The notes under the pieces were generated by a model. It ran no database searches and was not told where the DNA came from. It was given only the letters and a program-made list of their open reading frames with translations. Positions 35,090 to 44,697 of a stretch of 48,780 nt of DNA are shown piece by piece (within the stretch, counting starts at the first letter, position 1; the number at the start of each line of letters is the position of its first letter). This stretch comes from a virus (Duplodnaviria > Caudoviricetes). The translations under genes were made by a program, and so were the position numbers. The DNA is taken from the IMG/VR virus record IMGVR_UViG_3300044468_000005, positions 1 to 48,780 of that record; one strand, 5' to 3'.

Positions 35090-36759
35090 GCTTTCGGGTC
35101 ATCCAGGAGCCGTCGATAGAACTCGCGTTGATTCGCGCTGCTCGGCTGCAATGCATCTAGCATAGCATTCATGGCCTCTGGCCCGGAAGTGTATCCCTTG
35201 CCCTTCCATCGTAGCAATGACTCGCGTACAAGCTGCGTGAGCTTGGCAGCGTCTGTCTCCCCTGTCGCACACGCGATGATCGCGAAAAAGCGCTGGCGTG
35301 GCTCTTTATAGGAGCCCTTGACCTCGACAAGAGCCGTTGCCTCATTCTCGGTCATGGCGATTGCAGCGTTGACATCATCCATGGGAATCCGGGCGCCTAT
35401 GTGCACGACTTTTGTCGTGCTGCCGACAAACGCCTGCGCGAGCTCTTCGGTTGCGATTTCCTCAAGAAACTTGGTCGATCCATCTATGTAGGTCATGCCG
35501 GTCGTTGCGCCGCCCATCGTGTGAATGAGCTCGTGTATGACTGTCTTCTGCATGCTTTCGGCGCCCAGGTCCTTATGAAAGCGTACGCCCATCGTTCCGT
35601 TCCAGCCCATCACGCCTAGCGCCTCGCTTTGCTGCGACGTCGCGTCAAGCGTAATCGTCTGCTGGAATGGCCTCGTTGACTCCAGTTTGAATGCGCTAGC
35701 GATTGCTTTCTGCGTCGCGCGCACATGATCTGAAAATGAATCTGGCAATGCGCCCTCGTGGCGGTCGCCGACGAGTGGAACCTGTGCCTTGACTTTCGAC
35801 AGCTCTGCGACTGCATCCTTCATGAGTTGCGCATGCGCTGCTGCAGGCTGCCCGTAGGCTGGAAGCGCAGACGGCCGGGCAACTGGGCGCGGCTTCGGGG
35901 CTGGCGTTGGCGTTGGCGTTGGCTTGGGTGCGATCTCCTGCGCCATGTCCTCGACGATCGCAATAGCCTGGCATCTGCAGCGCACAGGCATCCCTGGGTG
36001 CCCATCTGATGGCGGCTTCGACCAGTCGAACGTTTTGCCCTCGCGCGCCTGATGCGATGGGCGCACGGCTTCGTCGAGCGACGTGCTCCATTTGTACTGC
36101 GCGACGTCTGCATCAAGCTGCCGCAGTCGATTCATCGAGCCGAACCACTTGCCGGTCTGGTCGACCGCGATCAGCGTCGCGCGCGAATAGGCGACGTCGA
36201 GCCGCCCAGCGATTAGCGTGGCCATGTCCTCGACACGCGTGCCGTCAAGTAGCCCACGTTGCACGATGCCGCGCACCTCGCTTAGGGTCTCGATCGGCAG
36301 CGAGCGAATCAGCCGCACGTTTTCCTGCAGGGCTAGGCCCATCTGCTCGGGCAGCCACTTCTCGCGCCCGATAAACGGGTTCACCGGCAGGCGCGCCTCG
36401 TACTCGATCGCGAAGTCGCGCGCATGGTCCGTGCTGACACCTTCCAGCATCGTCTTCGCCCAGCGCTGGGCGTTTCGCTGCCCCATGCCCAGCGACGTCA
36501 GGATAGGCTTCAGCAAGCTCTCAAGCGTGTCGCCGACGTCGTCCTGCCGCGTGTCCGGGGCGTGCATGCTGTCGACCAGCTTGGGCAGCTTCGGAATCAG
36601 CCGCTCGTTGACTAGCTTCTCCATGCGCTTGACGAGGCTGGTCAGCTGCGACGCATACGTCAGCGCATGCGCGTGTGGCCAGGGCAGCGGCTTTGGGGGC
36701 GGCAGCGCAAGCTGCGCTGGGGCGCGCTTATCGCCTGGCAGTGCGACGAGACTAGCCAT
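35077..36759 (-). CDS. MuF/SPP1 gp7-like minor head protein fused to a C-terminal HExxH metallopeptidase
   Basis: RATLIAVDQ, YKWSTSLDEAVRPSH and HPGMPVRCRC; PT/PA linker; then VIHELIH...LEEIATE. Confidence 0.85.
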   Translation of the reverse strand: MASLVALPGDKRAPAQLALPPPKPLPWPHAHALTYASQLTSLVKRMEKLVNERLIPKLPKLVDSMHAPDTRQDDVGDTLESLLKPILTSLGMGQRNAQRWAKTMLEGVSTDHARDFAIEYEARLPVNPFIGREKWLPEQMGLALQENVRLIRSLPIETLSEVRGIVQRGLLDGTRVEDMATLIAGRLDVAYSRATLIAVDQTGKWFGSMNRLRQLDADVAQYKWSTSLDEAVRPSHQAREGKTFDWSKPPSDGHPGMPVRCRCQAIAIVEDMAQEIAPKPTPTPTPAPKPRPVARPSALPAYGQPAAAHAQLMKDAVAELSKVKAQVPLVGDRHEGALPDSFSDHVRATQKAIASAFKLESTRPFQQTITLDATSQQSEALGVMGWNGTMGVRFHKDLGAESMQKTVIHELIHTMGGATTGMTYIDGSTKFLEEIATEELAQAFVGSTTKVVHIGARIPMDDVNAAIAMTENEATALVEVKGSYKEPRQRFFAIIACATGETDAAKLTQLVRESLLRWKGKGYTSGPEAMNAMLDALQPSSANQREFYRRLLDDPKAWTK

Positions 36760-36925
36760 GATACCAACGCCCGATGCGCTCGCCGGTAAAGAACCCGAGC
36801 GCGTACAGAATCACGCCAATCGCGATCGACTCGGTGCGGTTGAGCGGCGCGAACAGGTCGTAGACAGCGACCGGGACGACCAGCATCGCGAGCAAGCTCA
36901 GGATCGCAAGCGACGTCTGTTTCAT
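36752..36925 (-). CDS. Two-TM microprotein (holin-like candidate)
   Basis: Manual translation MKQTSLAILSLLAMLVVPVAVYDLFAPLNRTESIAIGVILYALGFFTGERIGRWYHG; overlaps both neighbours. Confidence 0.6.
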   Translation of the reverse strand: MKQTSLAILSLLAMLVVPVAVYDLFAPLNRTESIAIGVILYALGFFTGERIGRWYHG

Positions 36926-37353
36926 TGCGCTACCTCGACCCAGTCAAAGCCGACGCGCCCCACGAGCACGCAGCGCCATACTGGCACGCGCGATTCCCTA
37001 GCCAGGCTGACCATGTTCTCGGTCCCTTCGCGCCCGGGAAACGCGCACACGATACGCCACGCTGCTTCAGCCAAGCGCGCCTGCAGAGCAAGCATGCCGA
37101 CGTTTCGCACCGGGCCTGCAGCGCGCTTGTGCTGGTCCCAGTCGGCCCAGTAGGTCAATGATGGGCGCCGCTTCCTTTGCGCCCAGCTATGCACCAAGGT
37201 GTCGATGCCAGTCGCGCCGCCCTGGATGATGAGCGCCAAGCGTCGCTCGCGATCGAATGCGTCCAGCGCCCGATGCGACCAACCCCAATCGACCCCCGTA
37301 GGCTGGCCAACATGCGACCCGCACACAATGGCGACGTAGCCGTTCAGGCTCAC
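36922..37353 (-). CDS. SLOG-superfamily (DUF2493/YspA-like) protein
   Basis: IVCGS, IIQGGATGID, ADW...AAGPVRN and AFPG..GT..MV. Confidence 0.85.
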   Translation of the reverse strand: MSLNGYVAIVCGSHVGQPTGVDWGWSHRALDAFDRERRLALIIQGGATGIDTLVHSWAQRKRRPSLTYWADWDQHKRAAGPVRNVGMLALQARLAEAAWRIVCAFPGREGTENMVSLARESRVPVWRCVLVGRVGFDWVEVAQ

Positions 37354-38870
37354 ACTGCCCCCTGATCGGCCGAGTCTCCGCCCGGCTGCATCGGCTCCCC
37401 GGGCGCCCCGAGCTCAAGCGGCTTGCCCTGCGCGTCAATCTCGCGCTCGCGCGCCTCGACTTCCTTTTCAAGCAGCCGGTCGCGCAGCTCCATGTCGATC
37501 GTCGTCTCGATCGAATAGCCCTCGGGCCGGTAGCGGCTCTTCGCTACCTCCTGCGGCAAGAGCACGCCGTTCGTGATGTCCGAGGCGTCAGCCTGGCTCG
37601 TCTTGAGTCGCACGTCCGCCTTTTCGGTGTCACTGAGCTCGCGCAAGGGCGGGAAATAGACGCGCCAACCGTCGGGCTGCTGCCCCCCTGTCGGCCCCTC
37701 CTTCGACGCCAGCAGCACCTCGACGAAGCGCTGCAATCGGGGCCTCAGGTGATGCTCCTGGTACGAGAGCAGGTCGGCATTCCAGAGCTGCAGGTCCGAT
37801 TCGCCTGTCGCGTTTTCCCCTGCAGGCGAGCGCCCCCAGAGCACCGTTGCAGGCATGTCGAGCGCCGACGCAGCGTCGAGCATGAACGCGTCGAGCATGT
37901 CGGGCATGTTCCCGAAGTTGGGATTCTCGCGCGTGTACTCGTCGTCAGCGTCGATCAGGATGGCGCTGATCATGCTCTTCGCCATCTCCATCGCTTGCGC
38001 GCGCTTCTTGGCGCTCTCTTCGCCGTTGGGCAGGCTGAACATGTGCGCCAGGCCCTTCAGCCGATACACGACATATTGCGCATTCGACATCGCTGAACCC
38101 GCAGATTGCCAAGCCGTGACGTTGCGCTGTAGCGCCTCGTAGACAGGGTCGATTACGCTGATGCCCCAGCCGCCGCGCTGCGCGCGTATCTCCTCAGCAG
38201 TCAGCATCCCCGGGAACACGATCAGCCGGTCACGATGCACGCGCGCATAGGTGCCACGCTTCGCGTCGAGCCTCAGCATGTAGTGCGTGGGCTGCCCGAA
38301 GTCGGGACTTTCTGGGTCATCGTCGACGTCGGTGTCGAGCCATGACCGCTGGCACTTGCGCGCATCGACCACGCGCAGCCATATGAGCCGGCGCACGCGT
38401 TCGAGCTCGAGGGGCAGCGTCTGCGAGTCGATGCCTGTGCGCCCATCGTCCACGCCCAGCATGATGACGCAGCCGCCATATAGATTCTCCCACGTGCACG
38501 CCTCGCGAAACCTGGCGACTGCATCGAGCGCATCGGCCGCGTCCTGGATGGCTGTCGACGTGTCGACGCCCCCAGCTTCGTCAGGCACTGATACCCGAAA
38601 GCCTTTGCGCAGCGCATCGCGCGGGCGCTTCTCGCACGCCTTGCGCACGGTCGCATCGGCGTGAAACATGTCGCTAAGCACCGCGTAGGAGAGCCCTTCG
38701 AAGGACGCTGGCAGGGTGTTGGCGACCTTATCAGTGAGGGCTGAGCCCAGGCCCGAGACCACGTTGACCCAGCCGTCCACGCGCTGGGCTACGGCCCGGG
38801 CGCGCTGGGGTAGGGAGCGCACGAGGGTTCGCACCATGCTCTCGCTGGTCTGCTGCCGTTCGGTTTCCAT
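37350..38870 (-). CDS. Portal protein (DUF1073 family)
   Basis: DGWVNVVSGLG...DK, LYGG, VHRDRLI, WGISV and PATVLWGRSPAGENATGESD; GAGGAG RBS at 38870. Confidence 0.9.
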   Translation of the reverse strand: METERQQTSESMVRTLVRSLPQRARAVAQRVDGWVNVVSGLGSALTDKVANTLPASFEGLSYAVLSDMFHADATVRKACEKRPRDALRKGFRVSVPDEAGGVDTSTAIQDAADALDAVARFREACTWENLYGGCVIMLGVDDGRTGIDSQTLPLELERVRRLIWLRVVDARKCQRSWLDTDVDDDPESPDFGQPTHYMLRLDAKRGTYARVHRDRLIVFPGMLTAEEIRAQRGGWGISVIDPVYEALQRNVTAWQSAGSAMSNAQYVVYRLKGLAHMFSLPNGEESAKKRAQAMEMAKSMISAILIDADDEYTRENPNFGNMPDMLDAFMLDAASALDMPATVLWGRSPAGENATGESDLQLWNADLLSYQEHHLRPRLQRFVEVLLASKEGPTGGQQPDGWRVYFPPLRELSDTEKADVRLKTSQADASDITNGVLLPQEVAKSRYRPEGYSIETTIDMELRDRLLEKEVEAREREIDAQGKPLELGAPGEPMQPGGDSADQGAV

Positions 38871-39601
38871 TAGGCTCCTCCAGCCGCTAAGCCCATGAGC
38901 TGCAGCTGCAGCGGATGCTTCAGGTAACACGCTTCCATGCGTTTCCAAAACTCATGAACCGACGTCGAGAGCAATGCCGTGGTTTCAATGCTGTTGAGAT
39001 GCTGAGCGAACTTCGCGCGAGCTTGCTCAGTCAACCACTGGTGATGATTGGATCCTCGGCTAGGGTGCGGATTCCGCTTTTTCACCTTTGCATAGTTGTG
39101 CGGCTCGATCACGAGGCAGTAGATTTTCCTTTGCGGGCTCTGTAGAAAGAACGGGTAAGAACCCCCATCATAGGGGCGCTTGTATAGAGCACAGAGCGCC
39201 ACGATCAGGCTCTTCGGCCACATCCGATCCCATTCGCAGGGCTCCTCCGCCAGCAGCCGAGGCACTAGCTTGCCGCGTCGATACGCCATGAAGACGTCGA
39301 TCATTTCATCCAGAATGAGATCCGCCGGGTCCATGTCAGATTTGGCGATCACCTTCAGCGAGCTGTGCTCATCGAGCCAGTATTCGCTACCAGGACGACC
39401 ACCAGAGGTTTTCTTCGCCGCGGAAAAAACTACGCAACCACTTAGTTTTTTGGCGTTGTGCAACCCCTCGATGAGCTTACGGATGTTGTACACGTTCGCA
39501 TAGCCCAGACGCTTCGCTAGTTCGAGGTCGCGGATGCGAGGCTCCTTGTCCTCGAAGTCATCCCGCATGCGCAATCCGCCGAGCGTCGTTTCGCTTGCCA
39601 T
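38870..39601 (-). CDS. Antirepressor-like protein with P63C-like C-terminal domain
   Basis: EPRIRDLELAKRLG...IRKLI and GGRPGSEYWL; C-terminal W...P..L..LY...K.RNP...HHQWLT; lower GC than its flanks. Confidence 0.7.
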   Translation of the reverse strand: MASETTLGGLRMRDDFEDKEPRIRDLELAKRLGYANVYNIRKLIEGLHNAKKLSGCVVFSAAKKTSGGRPGSEYWLDEHSSLKVIAKSDMDPADLILDEMIDVFMAYRRGKLVPRLLAEEPCEWDRMWPKSLIVALCALYKRPYDGGSYPFFLQSPQRKIYCLVIEPHNYAKVKKRNPHPSRGSNHHQWLTEQARAKFAQHLNSIETTALLSTSVHEFWKRMEACYLKHPLQLQLMGLAAGGA

Positions 39602-39615
39602 AGCCCCTCCCATCA

Positions 39616-39714
39616 TCACGGCACGCACTGCAAGAAAAACCCGACCAATAGAATGCCAGCCACGAAGATCACGAATAGGGCAGCAACGCCTGAAATGTCT
39701 TCGTCCACGTGCAT
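39616..39714 (-). CDS. Single-TM microprotein (32 aa)
   Basis: Manual translation MHVDEDISGVAALFVIFVAGILLVGFFLQCVP. Confidence 0.45.
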   Translation of the reverse strand: MHVDEDISGVAALFVIFVAGILLVGFFLQCVP

Positions 39715-39727
39715 GCCATCCCCCCTC

Positions 39728-41188
39728 TCAATACAGCTGCGTCAGCGCGCCCCAGCGCTGCGATTCACTCGCAGCATCCCTGCTCGCCGCATATCCCAGC
39801 GCCAGCGCGATCGCTGCGTCTCCGTGCCTGCGCTTCCTATCGACCACGCTCTCGTTGCCCAGGTGCGGCAGCCGGGGCACGCCGTCGATCCTGCGAATCA
39901 GCACGAGGTCGTTACGCACGTCGAGGTCGCGCGGATAGAGAATCAGCCCGCTCTCATGCGCTTCCCTGAAGGCTGGCATGTTTTCCGCGTACCACTTGAC
40001 CGTCAGGTTGACCTGCTCGATCACCTGATCGCCCCAGTGCATCCAAGCCTGCTCAGCGACCCAGGAGCCATTCCCCCCTGCATCTAGGCAGCCCCGGAAC
40101 AGGTAGGGCAGCCGGTCGCCGACGTAGCGCACGACTTGCCACTGCGAGTCATGGGGCAGGTTCAGCATCTCGAGCAAGAAGGGAAAGCGCCGGCAGAGCC
40201 CCTGCTCGAGCGTGAAAGGCGCCATGACGCTGCGATCTGTGTAGCGCCCGAAGTCGAACCCGAACCCGTGCGGCAAGCTGCGCGGTAGCGCGCGCAGCAG
40301 TGGCGCTACGACCGCATCGAGCCACTCTGCGAGCTCGCGCTCACGCTTGTTAGCTGGCTCGAGCGCCCACGTGTCAGGCCTGGCGATGCGCACGACAGGC
40401 GCGTCGAACATGCGCGACTCGATCAGCGCGCGGCCTAGATAGCTCTGCCCCGACTTCGCCGGCTCGCAATAGAGCTCTTCGCGCACGCCGTCGCGGTATT
40501 CGAGTTCAAGCTCAGCAAGCCATACCCGCTCTGCTTCAGGGGACCAACGCCAGCCGTGCACGAGGCAGATGCGCCTGTACAGCCCTTGCTGCAGTGCGTC
40601 CTCGATCGTGATGCGATGTAGCGAGTAGGGCCTGATACCGTCGCGAACCTCATCGCACATGCGCGCGAACTCGTTATCAATGCCGTTGTGCGTGCTCATG
40701 ATCCACACGCTGCCGCCCCACATCAAGAGCGCGAATGCTGCCTTCATGACGACAGCCAAGTCGTCATGGAACGCTGCCTCGTCGATGACGACCAGGCCCT
40801 GCTTGCCGCGCAGATTGCGCGCGCGGCTCGTGAGCGCTGTGATGCGCTTGCCTGAAGGGAACACGATGCGAAACGCATTCACGCCGCACAGGTCGCCATC
40901 ATCATCAGCCTCGAGCACCACAGCGCCGATACTGTCCGCTGCGATGTTCAACCACTTGCACCACTTGATAGCATCCAGGATGAACTCTTTTGCGCTGTCC
41001 TCGTTGTAGCTCACATACCAGCAATCCTGCTTGCCTGAGCTCGCCTCGAGCACGCAGTGCGCTGCCGTCGCCCAGCTGGCGCCAATGCGCCGGCTCTTTT
41101 CGAACACCTTCACGCGCGCAGGGTCCTCGATCCAGCGCTGCTGGTAAGGCAAGAGCACAGCGGGGCGGGGCTCATGCAGAGCGGTCAT
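39728..41188 (-). CDS. terL: Terminase large subunit (Mu gp28-like)
   Basis: LLPYQQRW..EKSRRIGASW, LRGKQG.VVIDEAAF, STHNG, GFDFGR and HGDAAIA. Confidence 0.93.
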   Translation of the reverse strand: MTALHEPRPAVLLPYQQRWIEDPARVKVFEKSRRIGASWATAAHCVLEASSGKQDCWYVSYNEDSAKEFILDAIKWCKWLNIAADSIGAVVLEADDDGDLCGVNAFRIVFPSGKRITALTSRARNLRGKQGLVVIDEAAFHDDLAVVMKAAFALLMWGGSVWIMSTHNGIDNEFARMCDEVRDGIRPYSLHRITIEDALQQGLYRRICLVHGWRWSPEAERVWLAELELEYRDGVREELYCEPAKSGQSYLGRALIESRMFDAPVVRIARPDTWALEPANKRERELAEWLDAVVAPLLRALPRSLPHGFGFDFGRYTDRSVMAPFTLEQGLCRRFPFLLEMLNLPHDSQWQVVRYVGDRLPYLFRGCLDAGGNGSWVAEQAWMHWGDQVIEQVNLTVKWYAENMPAFREAHESGLILYPRDLDVRNDLVLIRRIDGVPRLPHLGNESVVDRKRRHGDAAIALALGYAASRDAASESQRWGALTQLY

Positions 41189-41655
41189 GACGCCTCCCAT
41201 CGCAGCTTGATCTGCGTCGGATGCGTGTCGACGCGAGGCCGCGCGCGCCTCGACCACGACCCCCCCCCCGCTTCGCCGACGCAGCGCCAGCCTGATGCGC
41301 GAAGACTCGCGCCGCCCTCGCTCGGCAGCGTGTACGTGATGAGCCGCCTATAGCCCATTGCGCGCGCAGCCCGCCAAGCAGTTCCGTACAGCATGCTGCA
41401 GGCGTTTTGCGTGCCGTCTGTGCAGACGCGCGTGACCTCTGCGGTGTAGTCGTCTATCTGGAGCATGCGCGCGACCGGGCGACCGATGATCGCGACTGCC
41501 ACGATATAGTCTGCAGACACAGGCGCTACGCCGACTGCAAACAATCCCCCGATAGGCGCGTCGTGGTGTCGATGATGGGCCGCCACGTACGCGCAAGCCT
41601 CTGTGAGCGTGACCGGCACGATGCAAAGCTGCTGGATCGGTCCGATTAGGGTCAT
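41185..41655 (-). CDS. XF1762-like (Mom-related GNAT) protein
   Basis: HHRHH, AIIGRPVAR, EVTRVCTDGTQNACSMLY and ITYTL.SE.GASLRASGW. Confidence 0.85.
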   Translation of the reverse strand: MTLIGPIQQLCIVPVTLTEACAYVAAHHRHHDAPIGGLFAVGVAPVSADYIVAVAIIGRPVARMLQIDDYTAEVTRVCTDGTQNACSMLYGTAWRAARAMGYRRLITYTLPSEGGASLRASGWRCVGEAGGGSWSRRARPRVDTHPTQIKLRWEAS

Positions 41656-41744
41656 GACGCGCACTGCCGAAGCAGCCCGATCACGATGAACCCGACCAGG
41701 AAGATCATGAGCAGGGACCTGGCTGCGGCGAGGTCATCGTTCAT
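41652..41744 (-). CDS. Single-TM microprotein (30 aa)
   Basis: MNDDLAAARSLLMIFLVGFIVIGLLRQCAS; ATGA overlaps. Confidence 0.5.
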   Translation of the reverse strand: MNDDLAAARSLLMIFLVGFIVIGLLRQCAS

Positions 41745-41977
41745 GGCTTCAACTCCCTTGGCGCCGGCCTCCGGCACACACAAGCGAATGCCATCGTGTA
41801 GCGGCCTGGCGTGAAGGACTCGATGCCCAACTCGGCGCAGGCATCTTTGCACTCGCTGTAGATGATGGGCTGCCGAGGGGCACAGAACGGACAGGCGGCG
41901 ATGAGAGTACCCAGCACGATGGCCGCAAATGCGATCCACACTGCGAGCTCGAGACCGTCGGCACTGGGTAGTCGCAC
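41741..41977 (-). CDS. Membrane-anchored Cys-rich small protein
   Basis: TM segment followed by CPFC, CKDAC and CVC. Confidence 0.55.
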   Translation of the reverse strand: MRLPSADGLELAVWIAFAAIVLGTLIAACPFCAPRQPIIYSECKDACAELGIESFTPGRYTMAFACVCRRPAPRELKP

Positions 41978-41988
41978 GCGCTCCTCCT

Positions 41989-42318
41989 TTAGTTAGGGAT
42001 GTCCTCGGCAGCCGACAGGTCGACTATGACCGTTCGGCCATCTGTGAGCATGACTTCCTTACCCTGATGCGCAGCCGCCATTTCATCAGGCACGTCGAGC
42101 AGGGCTTCGCCTGTGAGTTCAGCCGTCTGCTGGTCCATCAGCTCGACGAAATGGCAGGCGTGCGCAGTCCATCCAAAGGCCCCCTCATAATACTCAGGTG
42201 GCACGAGCGCATCGGCAGCTGAGCCGGTTCGCTCAGGCGGCTTCGGATAGCCCTCGAGCACGTCAAGTGCGTCGCGCTGGTCTGTCACGATTGGGGTTGG
42301 CCCAGTAAGTCTTTTCAT
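41989..42318 (-). CDS. Hypothetical protein
   Basis: ORF coupled to the upstream gene. Confidence 0.6.
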   Translation of the reverse strand: MKRLTGPTPIVTDQRDALDVLEGYPKPPERTGSAADALVPPEYYEGAFGWTAHACHFVELMDQQTAELTGEALLDVPDEMAAAHQGKEVMLTDGRTVIVDLSAAEDIPN

Positions 42319-43169
42319 GCTGCGATTCCATAGATAGGGGCGAAGTAGTTGACGAGCGACGTGAGCTCGGGCGCGGTCAGGATATGGTCGTAGTGAATTT
42401 GCTGGGCGACCCAGCCCTTGTAGGGGAATCCGCCCGTGGCCGGGGCAGCGCCTAGCCTCGGAATCCGCCCGGTATTCGCGCTGCTCGGGCTGCCTGCTGC
42501 ATCCGGATTCGTGAGAGCGCTGCCGCTGATGCGCGCGTGTCTAGTCCCGGCGACGTACCCGCTCATGATCCATCGAGTTACGTCGCGCGTACCGAATGCG
42601 GCCCCAGGATTCCAGTTGTTGAGCAGGGCCGCTGTGCCGTTAGCGACAGCGAGCCCAGGCGCGGTGGGCGGCATGTAGAACAGCCAATCGCTCATGCCCA
42701 CTTCTGTGGGCGCTGCTGGCGGATAGCGCGTCGCAAAGAAATACATATCTGCAGCCAGCGAGCTGTCGATGCGCAGAATATGGAAGATCGAGGACCCCGT
42801 CCCGTTATGCAAGAACGTCCACGCCGTCTGATTCGGGCCGTCGAACCAGCGATTGACGCCGTCGAAGTAGACTGCAGGTTGGCCATTGAAAGTGGCCACG
42901 CTCGACTGCCAGGTGGCCTGATTCGCTGCAGTCGACTGTGACCATGCGATCGACCCCATCGAGCCAGCGCGCGACAGCCAGCCGCTGATCTGCGTGCCAC
43001 TTCCGAAGGCGAACCACGACAGCGCCTCGTTCCGGCTGTCGAACCACGCCTTGAGGCCGGATATCTGCTGGGGCACCGGCAACTTCGCGCGCCGCCGCAA
43101 TGGCTGCACCGTGCGCCTGTCCCTGTCAGGCGAGCGTCGTGCACGCGCTGCGCGCCCGGTTCGCATCAC
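42315..43169 (-). CDS. LamG/concanavalin-like domain protein (probable virion protein)
   Basis: LKAWFDS...W...QSTAANQ...NGQPAVYFDG...YKGWVAQ..YDHILT pattern. Confidence 0.7.
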   Translation of the reverse strand: MMRTGRAARARRSPDRDRRTVQPLRRRAKLPVPQQISGLKAWFDSRNEALSWFAFGSGTQISGWLSRAGSMGSIAWSQSTAANQATWQSSVATFNGQPAVYFDGVNRWFDGPNQTAWTFLHNGTGSSIFHILRIDSSLAADMYFFATRYPPAAPTEVGMSDWLFYMPPTAPGLAVANGTAALLNNWNPGAAFGTRDVTRWIMSGYVAGTRHARISGSALTNPDAAGSPSSANTGRIPRLGAAPATGGFPYKGWVAQQIHYDHILTAPELTSLVNYFAPIYGIAA

Positions 43170-43582
43170 AGCTCCTTTGAGGCGTAGTCAGTTGGCATCA
43201 TCTGCAACTCGACGTCAGCAAGGTCTGACTCCGCCGAGAAGTGCGTCCAGCTGGCGTCGATGTTCCAATCGATCATCGTGCCATCGTACAGACGTCGCGC
43301 GATCTTGACGCTCCCTGTCCATGCTGGCGCCGCACCAGTGATGTATGCAGTGCGGTCTGCTTCGACCGTCGACGCGGTGCCGAAGATGACCCAGCAGCTA
43401 GCAGGCATGCCGCTCGCGAGCAGCGCGGGAGCTGTGACTGACACGCTGACGCGACGCCCCTTCCAAGCCGTCGGAATGACGCGCACGACATGCGTCGTTT
43501 GAATCTTCTCGCTGTAGTTGTTGGTCGCGTCAGCCAGGGGCCCTTTGACCCGGGCTGCCGTCTCACTGTGAATGCCGCTCAT
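43166..43582 (-). CDS. Hypothetical beta-rich protein
   Basis: Coupled ORF downstream of terS. Confidence 0.6.
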   Translation of the reverse strand: MSGIHSETAARVKGPLADATNNYSEKIQTTHVVRVIPTAWKGRRVSVSVTAPALLASGMPASCWVIFGTASTVEADRTAYITGAAPAWTGSVKIARRLYDGTMIDWNIDASWTHFSAESDLADVELQMMPTDYASKEL

Positions 43583-44031
43583 GGTCGGTCCTCCTCGTTC
43601 TCCCCGAACAGGATCTTGCGTCGAATCTCGTCTGCGTCGCCCGGCGTCAGCACGCGGTGCGTGGTCTGCGTCTTGATGGCGCCCCCATCAGTCCCAGACA
43701 GCTCGACCTTCTGCGTCGAGCCGTACACCTCGCGATTGCGCCGCTCAAGAAACCACGCGGCAGCGCGCCAGTCGCTATCAGCAGCCTTCACCACGTTCGC
43801 GAGCATGCGCGCTTCTGCGTTCGCGATGGCTTTGTCGACCGCTTCGACAAACTGCGCGTAGGGCTCCTCGGGCTCATGCCCCTCACCCCCTAGGCCGCGC
43901 TGCCTCCACACGTAATAGGTGGCCCGGCTGATGCCCTCGCGAAGGCAGGCCGTGTTCACGTCGACACCGATCGATAGCGTCTTGCACAGCGACACCATCA
44001 GCTCTTCGGTCAGTTTGCAGGGGCGAGCCAT
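43579..44031 (-). CDS. terS: Terminase small subunit (HTH)
   Basis: RPCKLT, GISRATYYVW, DWRAAAWFLERR and VELSGTDGGAI. Confidence 0.78.
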   Translation of the reverse strand: MARPCKLTEELMVSLCKTLSIGVDVNTACLREGISRATYYVWRQRGLGGEGHEPEEPYAQFVEAVDKAIANAEARMLANVVKAADSDWRAAAWFLERRNREVYGSTQKVELSGTDGGAIKTQTTHRVLTPGDADEIRRKILFGENEEDRP

Positions 44032-44034
44032 ACG

Positions 44035-44697
44035 TCACCCGTTCCTGGACTGGCACGTGTCTCCAGAGACACATGGCGTTTGTACGTCTATCAACCCCAG
44101 CTCGAGCGCCTCGCCCCTAGGAGCCGTTTTACGGCCCGCTCTTGCCCGGGCTGCATGCTGGGTAGCCCGGAAGGCAGAACGGCCCGCCACGGCGCCCCAG
44201 GACGCGATTGCGACCGCCTCTGCCTCGTTGTCGTCGGTCACGGTCCGCCCGCAGGCCTTGCTCGCCCACGAAACCGCAAGCTGCTTTGCGGCTTGGGTGC
44301 CCAGGCTCGCTGCGCCCCGGCCGAGCACCGCCCGGCGCCACACCTTCGGCTCGACGTACAGAACGTGGGACATGGGCACACCAGCGAGCTCGAGCTGCTC
44401 GCGCCAACGCCCCCGAGCGTCGCCCATGCCGACCAGCGTCGCTGCATTGCGCGTCGGCGCTTGCTTCGCCCACGAGTCGAACTGCGTATTGCGCATGAGT
44501 GGCATCTTGCCGTGGTCCTCGAGCACGACGAGCAGTGAGCGCGGCGCTGCGAGCTGCAGCGCATGCACGACCACGTTCGCTCGCTCTTGCGCAGTCGAAG
44601 CCAAGCCCGATGCGACAATGCGCCCATCTGCATGCAGCGCCCAGCCTGAGCAGACTGCCTGGTCGATTCCGAGCACAGCCGTAAGGTGAACGGTCAT
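44035..44697 (-). CDS. RuvC-like Holliday junction resolvase
   Basis: VLGID...GWA, VVLED, PKVWR and DNEAEAVAI. Confidence 0.75.
   Translation of the reverse strand: MTVHLTAVLGIDQAVCSGWALHADGRIVASGLASTAQERANVVVHALQLAAPRSLLVVLEDHGKMPLMRNTQFDSWAKQAPTRNAATLVGMGDARGRWREQLELAGVPMSHVLYVEPKVWRRAVLGRGAASLGTQAAKQLAVSWASKACGRTVTDDNEAEAVAIASWGAVAGRSAFRATQHAARARAGRKTAPRGEALELGLIDVQTPCVSGDTCQSRNG

Noticed and set aside
37350-38870. Anti-CBASS Acb1 annotation for the DUF1073 gene
   Set aside because: Only the portal-type domain is seen, with no C-terminal 2H-phosphoesterase HxT motifs.
39728-41188. Mu-like transposable phage, suggested by the Mu-type TerL, MuF and Mom
   Set aside because: No DDE transposase or MuB was found; a tyrosine integrase with attP-like sites and a replication initiator are present instead.
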